A stretch of DNA of 32,334 nucleotides from a virus (taxonomy: Duplodnaviria; Caudoviricetes). How positions within the stretch are numbered: position 1 is the first letter of the stretch; every line of letters starts with the position of its first letter. The DNA is taken from IMG/VR virus record IMGVR_UViG_3300030372_000534, positions 1 through 32,334 of that record; one strand, given 5' to 3'. The notes below the pieces were generated by a model, which was not told where the DNA came from, ran no database searches, and worked only from the letters and a program-made list of their open reading frames with translations. Below, piece by piece: positions 1-9,122 of the stretch. The position numbers and the translations under genes are program-made.

Positions 1-79
1 CGAAGATATGACTGACGAACAGAAGATGATGGTAAATCACATTAATGATTTGCAAAACAAGCAGAATACTAATGCTTTT
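1..79. repeat. Direct terminal repeat, left copy (79 bp; probably assembly overlap of a circular contig)
   Basis: 1-79 (CGAAGATATG...AATGCTTTT) is identical to 32256-32334. Confidence 0.97.
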
Positions 80-175
80 ATGGCTGACCAATTACAAGTT
101 GGCAAAGAAGCATTTATTAATTTGCTCCGTGCATCATTGGAAGAACCTGAAGAAGTTGAGGCTGAAGTAGAGTAA
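1..175 (+). CDS. 3' part of a 77-aa acidic protein spanning the circular junction (starts at 32197)
   Basis: Frame from ATG 32197 continues across the repeat (EDMTDEQKMMVNHINDLQNKQ...EEVEAEVE) to TAA 173-175, which overlaps the next ATG (TAATG). Confidence 0.85.
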   Translation, partial: EDMTDEQKMMVNHINDLQNKQNTNAFMADQLQVGKEAFINLLRASLEEPEEVEAEVE

Positions 176-465
176 TGATTGTAAGATATGCCCATGATAA
201 TGATGTGGTGATTCACCTTAATAATAAAAAAGGGATGAGCAAAAAAGTAAAGTTGGCTGATGGAACTTTTATCACATTAACATATCCTGGTACGAAAAAA
301 TACTTTCTGAGAAATGGAGAGAGCATTATTAAAAAAAGCGACTCATTCAAAACCATTGAACAAGAATATGTAAAAGAGTGTGAAAGACTAAAAGACTCTG
401 ATAATCATGGGCGTATCGATATTGTAAGACATAAAATAGTAAATAATAAAGTGGAGAAGAGATGA
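175..465 (+). CDS. Hypothetical protein (96 aa)
   Basis: TAATG and ATGA overlaps with both neighbours; no recognisable motif. Confidence 0.7.
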   Translation: MIVRYAHDNDVVIHLNNKKGMSKKVKLADGTFITLTYPGTKKYFLRNGESIIKKSDSFKTIEQEYVKECERLKDSDNHGRIDIVRHKIVNNKVEKR

Positions 466-752
466 AGAGCCCATTAACAAAATTGGTTAGCTGGCAAATA
501 GAAACAGGACAACTTGATGGTTGGACAGCTTATCATTTGGCGGCAGGGGCGTTTTTATGTAAAATATTTCAATGGCTTGATTTTAGCGACTTATGGTGTG
601 TTTTGGGTGTGCTTATAGTTGGTATAGCTTGGGAGGTTTTTGAGTGGATAATAGAGAATTATAAGCCTTATAGGACTAAAACCAGATGGGCATACAATAC
701 AATGGCTGACATAGTAGTAGAAACAGCTATTGCGTGGTGGATGGTATTATGA
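462..752 (+). CDS. Small integral membrane protein with H...WExxE...D pattern
   Basis: GGAG RBS; 2-3 hydrophobic segments; YHLAAG, GIAWEVFE and MADIVV resemble small VanZ/DUF2238-type membrane proteins (inference). Confidence 0.65.
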   Translation: MKSPLTKLVSWQIETGQLDGWTAYHLAAGAFLCKIFQWLDFSDLWCVLGVLIVGIAWEVFEWIIENYKPYRTKTRWAYNTMADIVVETAIAWWMVL

Positions 753-773
753 AAATAAAAGTAAAAAGAAAAT

Positions 774-869
774 ATGAAACTGATACAAGTTATAATATTC
801 CTGTTAATTATATTTATACTAACAGGGTGTGATTCTGGCTGGTCTGTATGTGGTTGGGAAGTTAAGTGA
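774..869 (+). CDS. Putative 31-aa micro-lipoprotein MKLIQVIIFLLIIFILTGCDSGWSVCGWEVK (not in ORF track)
   Basis: Basic N-terminus, hydrophobic h-region and LTG-C lipobox; stop overlaps the next start (GTGA). Confidence 0.65.
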   Translation: MKLIQVIIFLLIIFILTGCDSGWSVCGWEVK

Positions 870-1165
870 GTGAAAAACCTAAAACAGCACGAAGTTACAG
901 AGGCGCAGTAGTTGATGATAATGCTATTATATCAATTAACATTAAGTGGTTACTTCAGTCGGCTGTTGTTATTGCTGGGCTTGTGTACTCATATTATTCA
1001 GTTATTCAAAGGATCACAGAATTAGAAAAAGGAATGCTAGACGCTAATAATACAATTACAGAATTAGTTGAAAAACACATATTAGAAGAGCAAGAAAGGT
1101 TTGCTGAAATGGAAGAAGAGTTAAAATGGTACGAAAAAGCACTTGGTAAAAAGAAGAAGAAATAA
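866..1165 (+). CDS. Single-TM coiled-coil protein (holin/spanin-like candidate)
   Basis: TM WLLQSAVVIAGLVYSYYSVI, then heptad coil and basic tail; lies in the lysis cluster. Confidence 0.55.
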   Translation: MSEKPKTARSYRGAVVDDNAIISINIKWLLQSAVVIAGLVYSYYSVIQRITELEKGMLDANNTITELVEKHILEEQERFAEMEEELKWYEKALGKKKKK

Positions 1166-1482
1166 TGTCTTTTATGGAAATATATGGCGAAGCTGGAATG
1201 ATAGGCGTAGTTGGCGCAATGTTCGTTTATCTGGTTGTTCAAATGTCGAATAAAGCTGCACAACAACAAGAAACATTAGAAAATTTAAAAATTGAAAATA
1301 AAGGTCAAAGTGAAACACTTGAAAACATGGAAGGAATGGTAATCAAATTAATTAACAGGTGGAACCAATCCGATGATAAACTAGATAGAAAATTTGATGC
1401 TATGACAAAAGAAATAAACGACCTAGATAATCAAATATCAGAAGTAAAAGGTTCTTTGTCTAGAATAAATGGAAGGCATTGA
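1165..1482 (+). CDS. N-terminal TM + coiled-coil protein (holin-like candidate)
   Basis: TM AGMIGVVGAMFVYLVV then long coiled coil; TAATG coupling. Confidence 0.55.
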   Translation: MSFMEIYGEAGMIGVVGAMFVYLVVQMSNKAAQQQETLENLKIENKGQSETLENMEGMVIKLINRWNQSDDKLDRKFDAMTKEINDLDNQISEVKGSLSRINGRH

Positions 1483-1760
1483 TGGCTAGGGACCCCAGAT
1501 TAAAAAGATTCGGCTTAAGTGGTTATAACAAACCTAAAAGGACACCTAATCATCCCACTAAAAGCCACGTTGTTCTTGCTAAATCTGGAAGTAGAATAAA
1601 GCTGATAAGGTTTGGGCAACAAGGAGTAAGGGGTGCAGGAAAAAACCCAAGAACAAAAGCACAAAGAGCCAGAAGAAAAGCATTTAAAGCAAGGCACGCT
1701 AAAAACATTGCCAGAGGTCGCATGAGTGCAGCTTACTGGGCAAATAAGGTAAAATGGTAA
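1482..1760 (+). CDS. Highly basic phage protein (IRFGQQG...FKARH...SAAYWANKVKW)
   Basis: ATG at 1482 overlaps the upstream TGA; very K/R-rich; I recognise the motif pattern from uncultured phages but its function is unknown. Confidence 0.75.
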   Translation: MARDPRLKRFGLSGYNKPKRTPNHPTKSHVVLAKSGSRIKLIRFGQQGVRGAGKNPRTKAQRARRKAFKARHAKNIARGRMSAAYWANKVKW

Positions 1761-1963
1761 TGGATTACGAACCAGTAGATAAATACAGATTACACATAAA
1801 AGAAAGACTTGCAAGAATTGAAACTATTCTTCAAAGAGAATTACCAGACATTAAAGAGCAATTAAAAATTTCTAATGGCAGAACAAGGTCGCTTGAAAAT
1901 TGGAGAAATTACATTCTTGGTGGTATGGCAATAATTACATTTTTATTAACAACTATAAAATAA
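1760..1963 (+). CDS. Coiled-coil + C-terminal TM protein (XhlA-like holin candidate)
   Basis: ERLARIET...NGRTRSLENWR then hydrophobic tail YILGGMAIITFLLT; TAATG start at 1760 preferred over 1754. Confidence 0.55.
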   Translation: MDYEPVDKYRLHIKERLARIETILQRELPDIKEQLKISNGRTRSLENWRNYILGGMAIITFLLTTIK

Positions 1964-1972
1964 GGGAACGCT

Positions 1973-2236
1973 ATGAATATTAAATCAGTAGTATTGGGAG
2001 AAATAACAAAGCAAGTAGAGGCTTCAATTCCAGAACTTCAAAAAGGAATAGAGGTTTTAGTTATTGATACAATCCAATCAAAAGAGTTTGAAAAAGAGTG
2101 GGCAACTGCCATAAATAAAAAAATTAATTTGCCTGGATTGAATGAGCGTGCAGAACAAGTATTATTTGAAAAAATGATTGATAAAGGAACTGACATTGTT
2201 GCTGGTATTATGTCAAAACTTCTTAAAGCCAAATAA
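1973..2236 (+). CDS. Hypothetical protein (87 aa)
   Basis: AAGGG RBS-like sequence; coupled to the putative endolysin by TAATG. Confidence 0.7.
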   Translation: MNIKSVVLGEITKQVEASIPELQKGIEVLVIDTIQSKEFEKEWATAINKKINLPGLNERAEQVLFEKMIDKGTDIVAGIMSKLLKAK

Positions 2237-2724
2237 TGATTGATTCGCTACAAATGCTTACTGTTATAAAGGACACTCTCACAAAGATGGGTTCTAAGTA
2301 TGCAAGCCAAGATGCTCAAATGTTAGTATTTAGAACAGGGTTAGTGGAGTCTAAATACAAATATATAATGCAGAAAGGTGGCAATAATATTGCTAGAGGG
2401 TTTTGGCAATGTGAGCCTTGGGTAGCAGTTTCTCTTTGCAATGATTATCTTAAATATCGTAAAGACTTATTAAAAAGGGTTGCTGAAATATGTCATTTAG
2501 ATTGGAGTTATTTTACAAGCCCAGACGAAGATAAATGGAGAGAAGTATTAACAACAAACCTTATTGCTGGAATTGTAGTATGTAGATTGCATTATTGGAG
2601 AGTTCCAAAAAAGATGCCTACTGCATTAGATGATCAAGCAGCATATTGGAAGCAATGGTATAACACATCAAAGGGTGCTGGCACTCCAGAACACTTTATT
2701 GAAATAGTAGCAAAATATGGGTGA
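2236..2724 (+). CDS. Putative endolysin, lysozyme-like/transglycosylase fold
   Basis: TGLVES (candidate catalytic Glu), ARGFWQCEP (GxxQ motif), CRLHYWR, YWKQWYNT; follows the holin-like genes. Confidence 0.6.
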   Translation: MIDSLQMLTVIKDTLTKMGSKYASQDAQMLVFRTGLVESKYKYIMQKGGNNIARGFWQCEPWVAVSLCNDYLKYRKDLLKRVAEICHLDWSYFTSPDEDKWREVLTTNLIAGIVVCRLHYWRVPKKMPTALDDQAAYWKQWYNTSKGAGTPEHFIEIVAKYG

Positions 2725-3763
2725 AGGTAACGTACAAGATGTTGATGGAAATATTATTGGCTGTAAATACTGTGGAAGCAGGACAATTAGAAAATTTGGT
2801 TTTCTTTACAGGGCAAATAGCAAAAGACAACAATGGATGTGTGACAGTTGTGGGAAAAGAACTGTGAATCCTACTATTTTAGAAAAGTCTGAATTTGTAA
2901 AACAAGAACTTGATCCTGATTACATACCTATTGATGAGCTAATTGAACATAGGAAGAAAAAATATTCTTTTAAAATAAAGGGTAAAGAAGCAAAGCGGTT
3001 AGTTAATATAGATATAAAAACAAATGGTGCAATAGGGATATGCCATTTTGGTGACCCTCACATAGATGATGATGGTACAGATATTGCAGAAATCTATTCT
3101 CTTTGCAACCTTATAAATAAAACAGATGGTATGTTTGCTGGTAATCTTGGAGATGTTCAGAACAATTGGATAGGTAGGTTATCTTTCTTATATGGACAAC
3201 AATCCACAACTGCCAAAGAATCTTGGAGACTTACAGAGCATTTTGTTAATAGTGTCAATTGGCTGTATTTAGTGGCAGGGAATCATGATGTTTGGTCAGG
3301 TGATGGTGACCCTCTTGATTTTATAATGAGAGGGCATCAAGGGGTCTATGATAAATGGGGTGCAAGATTGAATTTAAAATTCCCCAACAAAAGAAATATC
3401 AGAATTAATGCTAGGCATACTTTTAAGGGATATTCAATGTGGAATACTGCTCATGGCGTAGCTAAAGCAGCTCAGATGGGTTGGAAAGACCATGTTTTAA
3501 CTTGTGGACACATTCATGTTTCTGGGTATCAAGTTTTAAAAGACCCTGCTTCTGGGTTAATTTCTCATGCCTTGCAAGTTGCAAGTTTTAAGATCTTAGA
3601 TGGATATGCAGATAAATTAGGACTAGATGATAAAAACATTTTTAATGCACCAGTTACAATTATTGACCCTAAATATGGGGATGATGATAACAGGCTTATT
3701 ACAACAATTTTTAATCCATATGAAGCAGCAGAATATTTGACATGGAAAAGATCACGGAAATAA
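2717..3763 (+). CDS. Calcineurin-like metallophosphoesterase with N-terminal Zn ribbon
   Basis: Motifs GDPH, GDVQNN, GNHD, RH, GHIH; N-terminal CKYC...CDSC. Confidence 0.85.
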   Translation: MGEGNVQDVDGNIIGCKYCGSRTIRKFGFLYRANSKRQQWMCDSCGKRTVNPTILEKSEFVKQELDPDYIPIDELIEHRKKKYSFKIKGKEAKRLVNIDIKTNGAIGICHFGDPHIDDDGTDIAEIYSLCNLINKTDGMFAGNLGDVQNNWIGRLSFLYGQQSTTAKESWRLTEHFVNSVNWLYLVAGNHDVWSGDGDPLDFIMRGHQGVYDKWGARLNLKFPNKRNIRINARHTFKGYSMWNTAHGVAKAAQMGWKDHVLTCGHIHVSGYQVLKDPASGLISHALQVASFKILDGYADKLGLDDKNIFNAPVTIIDPKYGDDDNRLITTIFNPYEAAEYLTWKRSRK

Positions 3764-3966
3764 ATACTAAAGATTGTGATAAAAATGCTTTTGAGCTTAT
3801 TATGAAGTGTAAGGAAGTTGCAAAGCATATAGACCTATCTAATATTATCTTAGACAACACAAGTATTGATGAAAAAGAGATGTTGATATATTTAATAGAA
3901 GGCATAAGAAGCCTAGATTTAGAAATAATTGAATATGAACCTTATATACCAGAGGCGAGAGCATGA
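3742..3966 (+). CDS. Hypothetical acidic protein (74 aa)
   Basis: Overlaps both neighbours and carries the GAGG RBS of the next gene. Confidence 0.6.
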   Translation: MEKITEINTKDCDKNAFELIMKCKEVAKHIDLSNIILDNTSIDEKEMLIYLIEGIRSLDLEIIEYEPYIPEARA

Positions 3967-4949
3967 GTACATACCATGAAAGCTATTGTGATACAACTAC
4001 AGACCTACTATTTGTTGAGCCATATTTAGGTGAATATGACCACAAAAGAGTTTTAGCAAGTAATTTTATAACCACAGATACAACTAACCTATATCAGCTA
4101 TTGAACACAGGCTATGTTGAACAGCTATATAAAGATGGAGTTGAAATGAGTGCTGTAACTGACACACCTAATGCTGATAATGAATACAATTACAGTAGTA
4201 GTACAGATTCTTTTCAATTTTTTCTAGCATCTTCTTCTGTATCTGCCTTAAATAGTTCAGTATTTGAAGCTAGTAGAGATTGGGAAACACTTAAAACTGA
4301 AGCGGTAAAGAGAGCAAGTGATTTTATTAGAAATTATCTACCCTTCCCCATATACCCAAATAAAGGAGTTGGAACTACTGATGCTGTAGGGAATGATTAT
4401 CCTGAAATGATAGTAAGAAGCACAGCAGTTATGGCAGTTGAATCCCTTGTGAGACCTTATGACTCAGAAAAAGCTGACTTAATAAAGTCTCAAGCAATGA
4501 ATGAAGAAGGAACAGGCTGGCTTGATATGTTAAGAAAAGGTGAGGTCAGTCTATACAGTAGTGAATCAGAACAAAAATACAAAGGTATTCTATCCCCTGT
4601 TACTGTCAATGCCAATACAACAGGGGGTGTAGTAGATGTAAAAGGAAAAGCTAGTACACAATGGGATGTTATAAAGATATTAATTGCTAATGGTGGAACG
4701 ATAACAGCAGGAAGTGAAAACACATCAGTCACTTATTCTACATTCACCAGAAATGAAAAAGGTTTAAAATTAAATCAAGACACAAATGCTGAGATCATTG
4801 ATTGTGGTTGGCAATCTGTAGGACATAATATGTGGGTAAGGTTTGCCCCAGGACTATATACCACCAATGATGAATGGCAATTAGAGGTAAGTGGAGTATT
4901 AGATCAGTCTTTTACTAGCATTAAAACAATAGCCACAAGTAGATATTAA
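3963..4949 (+). CDS. Virion structural protein, probable head-tail connector/neck
   Basis: First gene of the tail module; AVKRASDFIRNYL and GWLDMLRKGEV resemble adaptor helices; S/T/N/D-rich composition. Confidence 0.5.
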   Translation: MSTYHESYCDTTTDLLFVEPYLGEYDHKRVLASNFITTDTTNLYQLLNTGYVEQLYKDGVEMSAVTDTPNADNEYNYSSSTDSFQFFLASSSVSALNSSVFEASRDWETLKTEAVKRASDFIRNYLPFPIYPNKGVGTTDAVGNDYPEMIVRSTAVMAVESLVRPYDSEKADLIKSQAMNEEGTGWLDMLRKGEVSLYSSESEQKYKGILSPVTVNANTTGGVVDVKGKASTQWDVIKILIANGGTITAGSENTSVTYSTFTRNEKGLKLNQDTNAEIIDCGWQSVGHNMWVRFAPGLYTTNDEWQLEVSGVLDQSFTSIKTIATSRY

Positions 4950-5371
4950 TGGCAATTACTTATTCAAATACAATTTATGACGATATAATGGAAACTTTGG
5001 CAACATTAATTAATGATGAATTTTCTATTGCTGTTTATTATGATGAGCATAAACCCCCTCAGTCTTTTATGCTAACACCAAGCTCTGATGAATTGGTTGC
5101 AAACCTTAGTAGTGGCACTCAAAGGGAATATGAAATAGAAGTTAATTATCAACTAAAGATAGGTGGGCAATACACTAAAAATAATATGAAACAAGTAAGC
5201 AATATAATGGAAAGGCTTAAAAGGTTGATTTATAATAACACATCTTATTCAAGTGGTACAACTTGGTTTGATGCAAATATTGCTAGTATAGAATATGAAA
5301 GAGATGAGGATGATCAAACACTTTTGAGAGGTATAGGAACATTTAATTGCAATAACATAGAGGTCATATAA
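4949..5371 (+). CDS. Putative tail terminator/completion protein
   Basis: 140-aa acidic alpha/beta protein just upstream of the tail tube gene (synteny). Confidence 0.55.
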   Translation: MAITYSNTIYDDIMETLATLINDEFSIAVYYDEHKPPQSFMLTPSSDELVANLSSGTQREYEIEVNYQLKIGGQYTKNNMKQVSNIMERLKRLIYNNTSYSSGTTWFDANIASIEYERDEDDQTLLRGIGTFNCNNIEVI

Positions 5372-5562
5372 TGAAATTAAAAGCAAGATTAAATAAAATT
5401 CATAGAGCAAATCCAAATGGATTGCTTTGTGACAAGGCTTCACTAGATAAACTCAGGGATGGTGAAGTAGTTGAGACACCTGAAGATGCTGCAAATGAAC
5501 TATTAAAAATGGGCTTTGCAGAAAAGGCAAAAGCAAAAAAACAAAAACAGGAGGCTAAATAA
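5371..5562 (+). CDS. Small hypothetical protein with basic C-terminus
   Basis: GAGG RBS; TAATG coupling on both sides. Confidence 0.65.
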   Translation: MKLKARLNKIHRANPNGLLCDKASLDKLRDGEVVETPEDAANELLKMGFAEKAKAKKQKQEAK

Positions 5563-6641
5563 TGGCTGACACAAGAGTACTCCCTGTAAGTGGTGTAAAA
5601 TACGGCTTAAAGGCTGAAACATCTTTCGGGGTAGCATTAGATTCAAGCGGTAATGATGGTACTGCATATTTAACACAACCAGTAATGCAAGCAGAAAAGC
5701 CAACATTTAATATCATGAGAGAATCAAGATTATTAAGTGGAAGGGGTACAGTAAAAAATGCTGCTGACACAGTAACTAATTTAAAAGGTGGAACTGTAAC
5801 AATGCCTTTTGATATGCTTGCAACCCCTAGAACATTAGCCCAACACGCTTTATTAGTTGGTCAAGAAAGTGCAACATCTGGAAGCACAGTTCATGAAATG
5901 GAAATAGATGGCTCAAGTAATTTAACATCTATGGGCGGTACAATATCAAGTGGTATGCCCCATTCATGCAACCTAGCTTATTATCCAGCAGCAGCAGAAG
6001 GTATTAAACTAACAGGAGTGGTTTGCTCAGACCTAACAATTACTGCTGATGTAGCAGCAAACAATGGCTTACTTTCAATTAGTGGGAATTATTTTAGTGG
6101 CTTTAGCAATCCTGTATCAACTGCAACTGTGCTAGAACAAACCTTTGATGGTACTTGGGTTGCAGCAGAAAATACATATTATAATGTATTAGATGCTTCT
6201 GCTAGGGTTCTTGAAGTTGAAGCTAATGCAGCAAATACATTTATTATGAAAGCCTTTACTTTTAACATTTCAAATGGTGTTAATAGGGTTGGTTTTGACA
6301 CTAATGGAAATGCTGAAGTGTATGTATTCCCTGAATATGTTGTAACTGGTAGCTTAACAATTAAATACGATGACCTATTTGATTATAGTGCAGGAACTAA
6401 TGTTATACAGGACTTTCTTGATGGTGATACACTTACACTAGGAATAAAAATAGGTGATGGTACAGTAAGTGCTGAAGGTGAAGTAAACATTCTTGCAGAA
6501 ATTCAATATACTGGTGACCCTGGTCAAGACCTGAGTGAAAATGGTGTTTTCCATACACTAGAATTTGAATGCGTTCAGAATGGTTCTACAGAAGCATTTA
6601 AAATAAATTCATTTAAAAATGAAGCCATAACTACTTGGTAA
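5562..6641 (+). CDS. Major tail (tube) protein
   Basis: GGAGG RBS; KAETSFG N-terminal motif; FTFNISNG...VTGSLTIKY; followed by chaperone pair and tape measure. Confidence 0.75.
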   Translation: MADTRVLPVSGVKYGLKAETSFGVALDSSGNDGTAYLTQPVMQAEKPTFNIMRESRLLSGRGTVKNAADTVTNLKGGTVTMPFDMLATPRTLAQHALLVGQESATSGSTVHEMEIDGSSNLTSMGGTISSGMPHSCNLAYYPAAAEGIKLTGVVCSDLTITADVAANNGLLSISGNYFSGFSNPVSTATVLEQTFDGTWVAAENTYYNVLDASARVLEVEANAANTFIMKAFTFNISNGVNRVGFDTNGNAEVYVFPEYVVTGSLTIKYDDLFDYSAGTNVIQDFLDGDTLTLGIKIGDGTVSAEGEVNILAEIQYTGDPGQDLSENGVFHTLEFECVQNGSTEAFKINSFKNEAITTW

Positions 6642-6659
6642 TAATTATAGGGAGGTTAA

Positions 6660-6935
6660 ATGATAGTAGATACACCACATGGTGAATTTGAAGTAAAAGG
6701 CATAACAAGAAAAGAACGAAGAAAGTTCTATAAAAGAGTCAAGGAAGTATTCACTTCGCAGGATATTAGCAAACTTCATGAGCTAGGAGATGAGTTTGCT
6801 TTATTAGCTTTTGGGGATGATAAGAAAGCTGATGAAGCACTAGGCGACCTAACTGCTTTACAGGAAGATGAGGTATTAACTGCAATAATTGGTGCTTATA
6901 TGGGTCTTGACTTGGGAAACCTTACTGGCGATTGA
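6660..6935 (+). CDS. Tail assembly chaperone (gpG-like)
   Basis: GGAGG RBS; between tail tube and tape measure; G GGA AAC slippery site near the 3' end. Confidence 0.75.
   Translation: MIVDTPHGEFEVKGITRKERRKFYKRVKEVFTSQDISKLHELGDEFALLAFGDDKKADEALGDLTALQEDEVLTAIIGAYMGLDLGNLTGD
6914..6920 (+). promoter_or_regulatory. -1 programmed ribosomal frameshift site GGGAAAC
   Basis: X XXY YYZ heptamer in the correct phase (TTG GGA AAC); -1 frame open to 7330. Confidence 0.8.
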
Positions 6936-7330
6936 GATGTGCTGTTTGGTTCTCTAATTATGGATTACCAAATATTTCACTCAACCTCCCATATCGATCT
7001 CGGTCGCCAGTATTACTTGAGACTGTAGAGTATGAAACAAAACAAGATATTCTTGATGAGGTTTACAGAGTTTTGGAAGAAGCTGCTGAGAGAGGGTATG
7101 ACATTGGGCAAAGCCTTTATTATCAACTTCCTTTCTTTTGTAACCCCTCTTTCATTATATCAGATTGGTGTTGGGATATGCTAACTGATTATTTTACAGT
7201 AACAAAATTCAATGTTCCTTTAGCTAAAGACCTAGATTCATTAGATCCTTGGAGATTGGATTGTTTTTCTATTATAGAAAGTGAGATACAAAAAATAACT
7301 ACTCACGAAAGAGGTAAAAATGGCAATTAA
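6920..7330 (+). CDS. Frameshift extension of tail chaperone (gpGT-like; fusion about 223 aa)
   Basis: Track ORF 6932..7330 has only a TTG start without clear RBS and is in the -1 frame of 6660..6935. Confidence 0.75.
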   Translation, partial: PYWRLRCAVWFSNYGLPNISLNLPYRSRSPVLLETVEYETKQDILDEVYRVLEEAAERGYDIGQSLYYQLPFFCNPSFIISDWCWDMLTDYFTVTKFNVPLAKDLDSLDPWRLDCFSIIESEIQKITTHERGKNGN

Positions 7331-9122
7331 AGATTTATTTATAAAAATTGGATTAAAGGGTGATAAAAAAGCCAAAAAAGGAATAAACGGATTAGCTGGT
7401 GCTTTTGGTGCTATGTCTAAAGCAGCAATGAAGGCAGCAGCAGTATTCTATGCAGCAAAAGGAATTATTACAGGCATACAAAAAACAATAGAGGTTTCTA
7501 GTAAGCTAACAGCAGTTGAAAATGGCTTTAGGAGTTTAGAAAAAGGAATCAAGGGAACAGGGGATACTTTAAAAAAATTACAAAAGGCAACAGATGGAAC
7601 AGTAAATAGCATTGATTTAATGACTCAAGCAAACAATGCTATGTTGCTTGGTGTTTTTGAAAGTAATGACCAAATGGCAGAAGCCTTTGATGTAGCTCAA
7701 AGATTAGGGGCCGCATTAGGTCAAGATACCTTATTTGGTGTTGAATCATTAGTTACTGGTATGGGTAGGCAATCAAAATTAATGCTTGATAATTTAGGTA
7801 TTATGGTTGATGTAGAAGAAGCAAATAAAAGACACGCTGAAACTTTAGGAAAGTCATCAAAAGAACTTACTGATCAAGAAAAAAAGGCAGCCTTTAATAA
7901 TGAAACAATGAGACAAGCAAAATTGCTTGTTGAATCTTTAGGGGAGGAGCAACTAACAACATCAGATAGAATTAATATATTAAAATCTTCTACAATTAAT
8001 ATGGCTGGGGTGCTAGGTAAAGCCCTTACCCCTGCTTTCAATGCTAGTCTTGATGTTATGTCTAGTTTTTCTAATCAGGTGTCTAATGCTGTAAATACAT
8101 TATCTAAATTGGATTTCGCTGAAACTGGTAAAAATATAATTAAAAGTATTGATGCTTTATTAACAGCAGTTGGTGATTCTTTTATGCTTGTTTTTGATGG
8201 CGTCCCTGAATACTTTAGTTTTGCATTTAGTAAAATATTACCTATTGCTAAATCAGTTCTTAATACTTTAGTTGGGGCTATAAGTGGAATTGCTACTTTT
8301 ATATGGGAACCGATTAGTATTGGGGCTAGAATGCTAGGGGTTAAAATACAAAACTTTTTTATAGATATGTTCAATGGTATCAAAGAGCAGTTTAATATAT
8401 TTGCAGAAAGTTTTCTTGGTGAAAAACTAGGAATAGAAAAATTAGAAATGACCGACCTAGTAGATATGGAAGGTTTAAAAACAGAATTTGCTGAAACAGA
8501 TATAGGTGAATTGTTTTTTGGAGAGGATCAAGTACAAACAGTAGGTGACCTTACAAGTAAACTAGGTGGGGTGTGGGGTGATTATTTCAACAAAGTTGCT
8601 GTTTTAGCCGAAGAAAGTGGTGAAACAGTACAAGGATCTGTTAATAAAATTGGAAAAGCAGCAGAGGTTACTGGCAAAAAAGTAAAAGAAATGTCATTAG
8701 AACAGGCAATCTCTGTAGGGCAATCATCAGAAAGTGTTAAAGGAGCAATAAGAAGTGTAATAAAAGCAAAGTTTGCTTCTATGATGGCTTCTATGTTAGA
8801 AAAAGAAATTGGCACTAAGGGACTGGTGGGTTTAATAACTGGGGCTGCTGGAGCTGCTGCTGCAACTGCTTTATTTGACAAGTTAGTTCCAAAGTTTGCC
8901 GATGGTGGAATAGTTGGAGGAGCAGGCAAACAAGATACAGTTCCTGCAATGCTTACCCCTGGAGAAGTTATTTTAAATCAAGCTCAACAAGAAAATCTAG
9001 TAGGGGGAATGGGAACAACCATTAACATTCAAGGTGGGGTTGTAGATGAATCTTATGTTAATAATCAACTTATCCCTGCTCTAAATAAAGCAACCTCTTT
9101 AGGCACAAGATTAAATGCTTAG
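7320..9122 (+). CDS. Tail tape measure protein (600 aa)
   Basis: Ala/Gly-rich helical sequence; LMLDNLGI motif; C-terminal FADGGIV...DTVPAMLTPGEVIL motif. Confidence 0.9.
   Translation: MAIKDLFIKIGLKGDKKAKKGINGLAGAFGAMSKAAMKAAAVFYAAKGIITGIQKTIEVSSKLTAVENGFRSLEKGIKGTGDTLKKLQKATDGTVNSIDLMTQANNAMLLGVFESNDQMAEAFDVAQRLGAALGQDTLFGVESLVTGMGRQSKLMLDNLGIMVDVEEANKRHAETLGKSSKELTDQEKKAAFNNETMRQAKLLVESLGEEQLTTSDRINILKSSTINMAGVLGKALTPAFNASLDVMSSFSNQVSNAVNTLSKLDFAETGKNIIKSIDALLTAVGDSFMLVFDGVPEYFSFAFSKILPIAKSVLNTLVGAISGIATFIWEPISIGARMLGVKIQNFFIDMFNGIKEQFNIFAESFLGEKLGIEKLEMTDLVDMEGLKTEFAETDIGELFFGEDQVQTVGDLTSKLGGVWGDYFNKVAVLAEESGETVQGSVNKIGKAAEVTGKKVKEMSLEQAISVGQSSESVKGAIRSVIKAKFASMMASMLEKEIGTKGLVGLITGAAGAAAATALFDKLVPKFADGGIVGGAGKQDTVPAMLTPGEVILNQAQQENLVGGMGTTINIQGGVVDESYVNNQLIPALNKATSLGTRLNA

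Noticed and set aside
749-832. 27-aa ORF MKIKVKRKYETDTSYNIPVNYIYTNRV coupled by ATGA to gene 462
   Set aside because: It overlaps the lipobox ORF in another frame and has no features; not excluded but not supportable
2750-2870. IS1-like Zn ribbon as evidence of an insertion sequence
   Set aside because: No DDE domain, terminal inverted repeats or target duplication; the ribbon is fused in frame to a phosphoesterase
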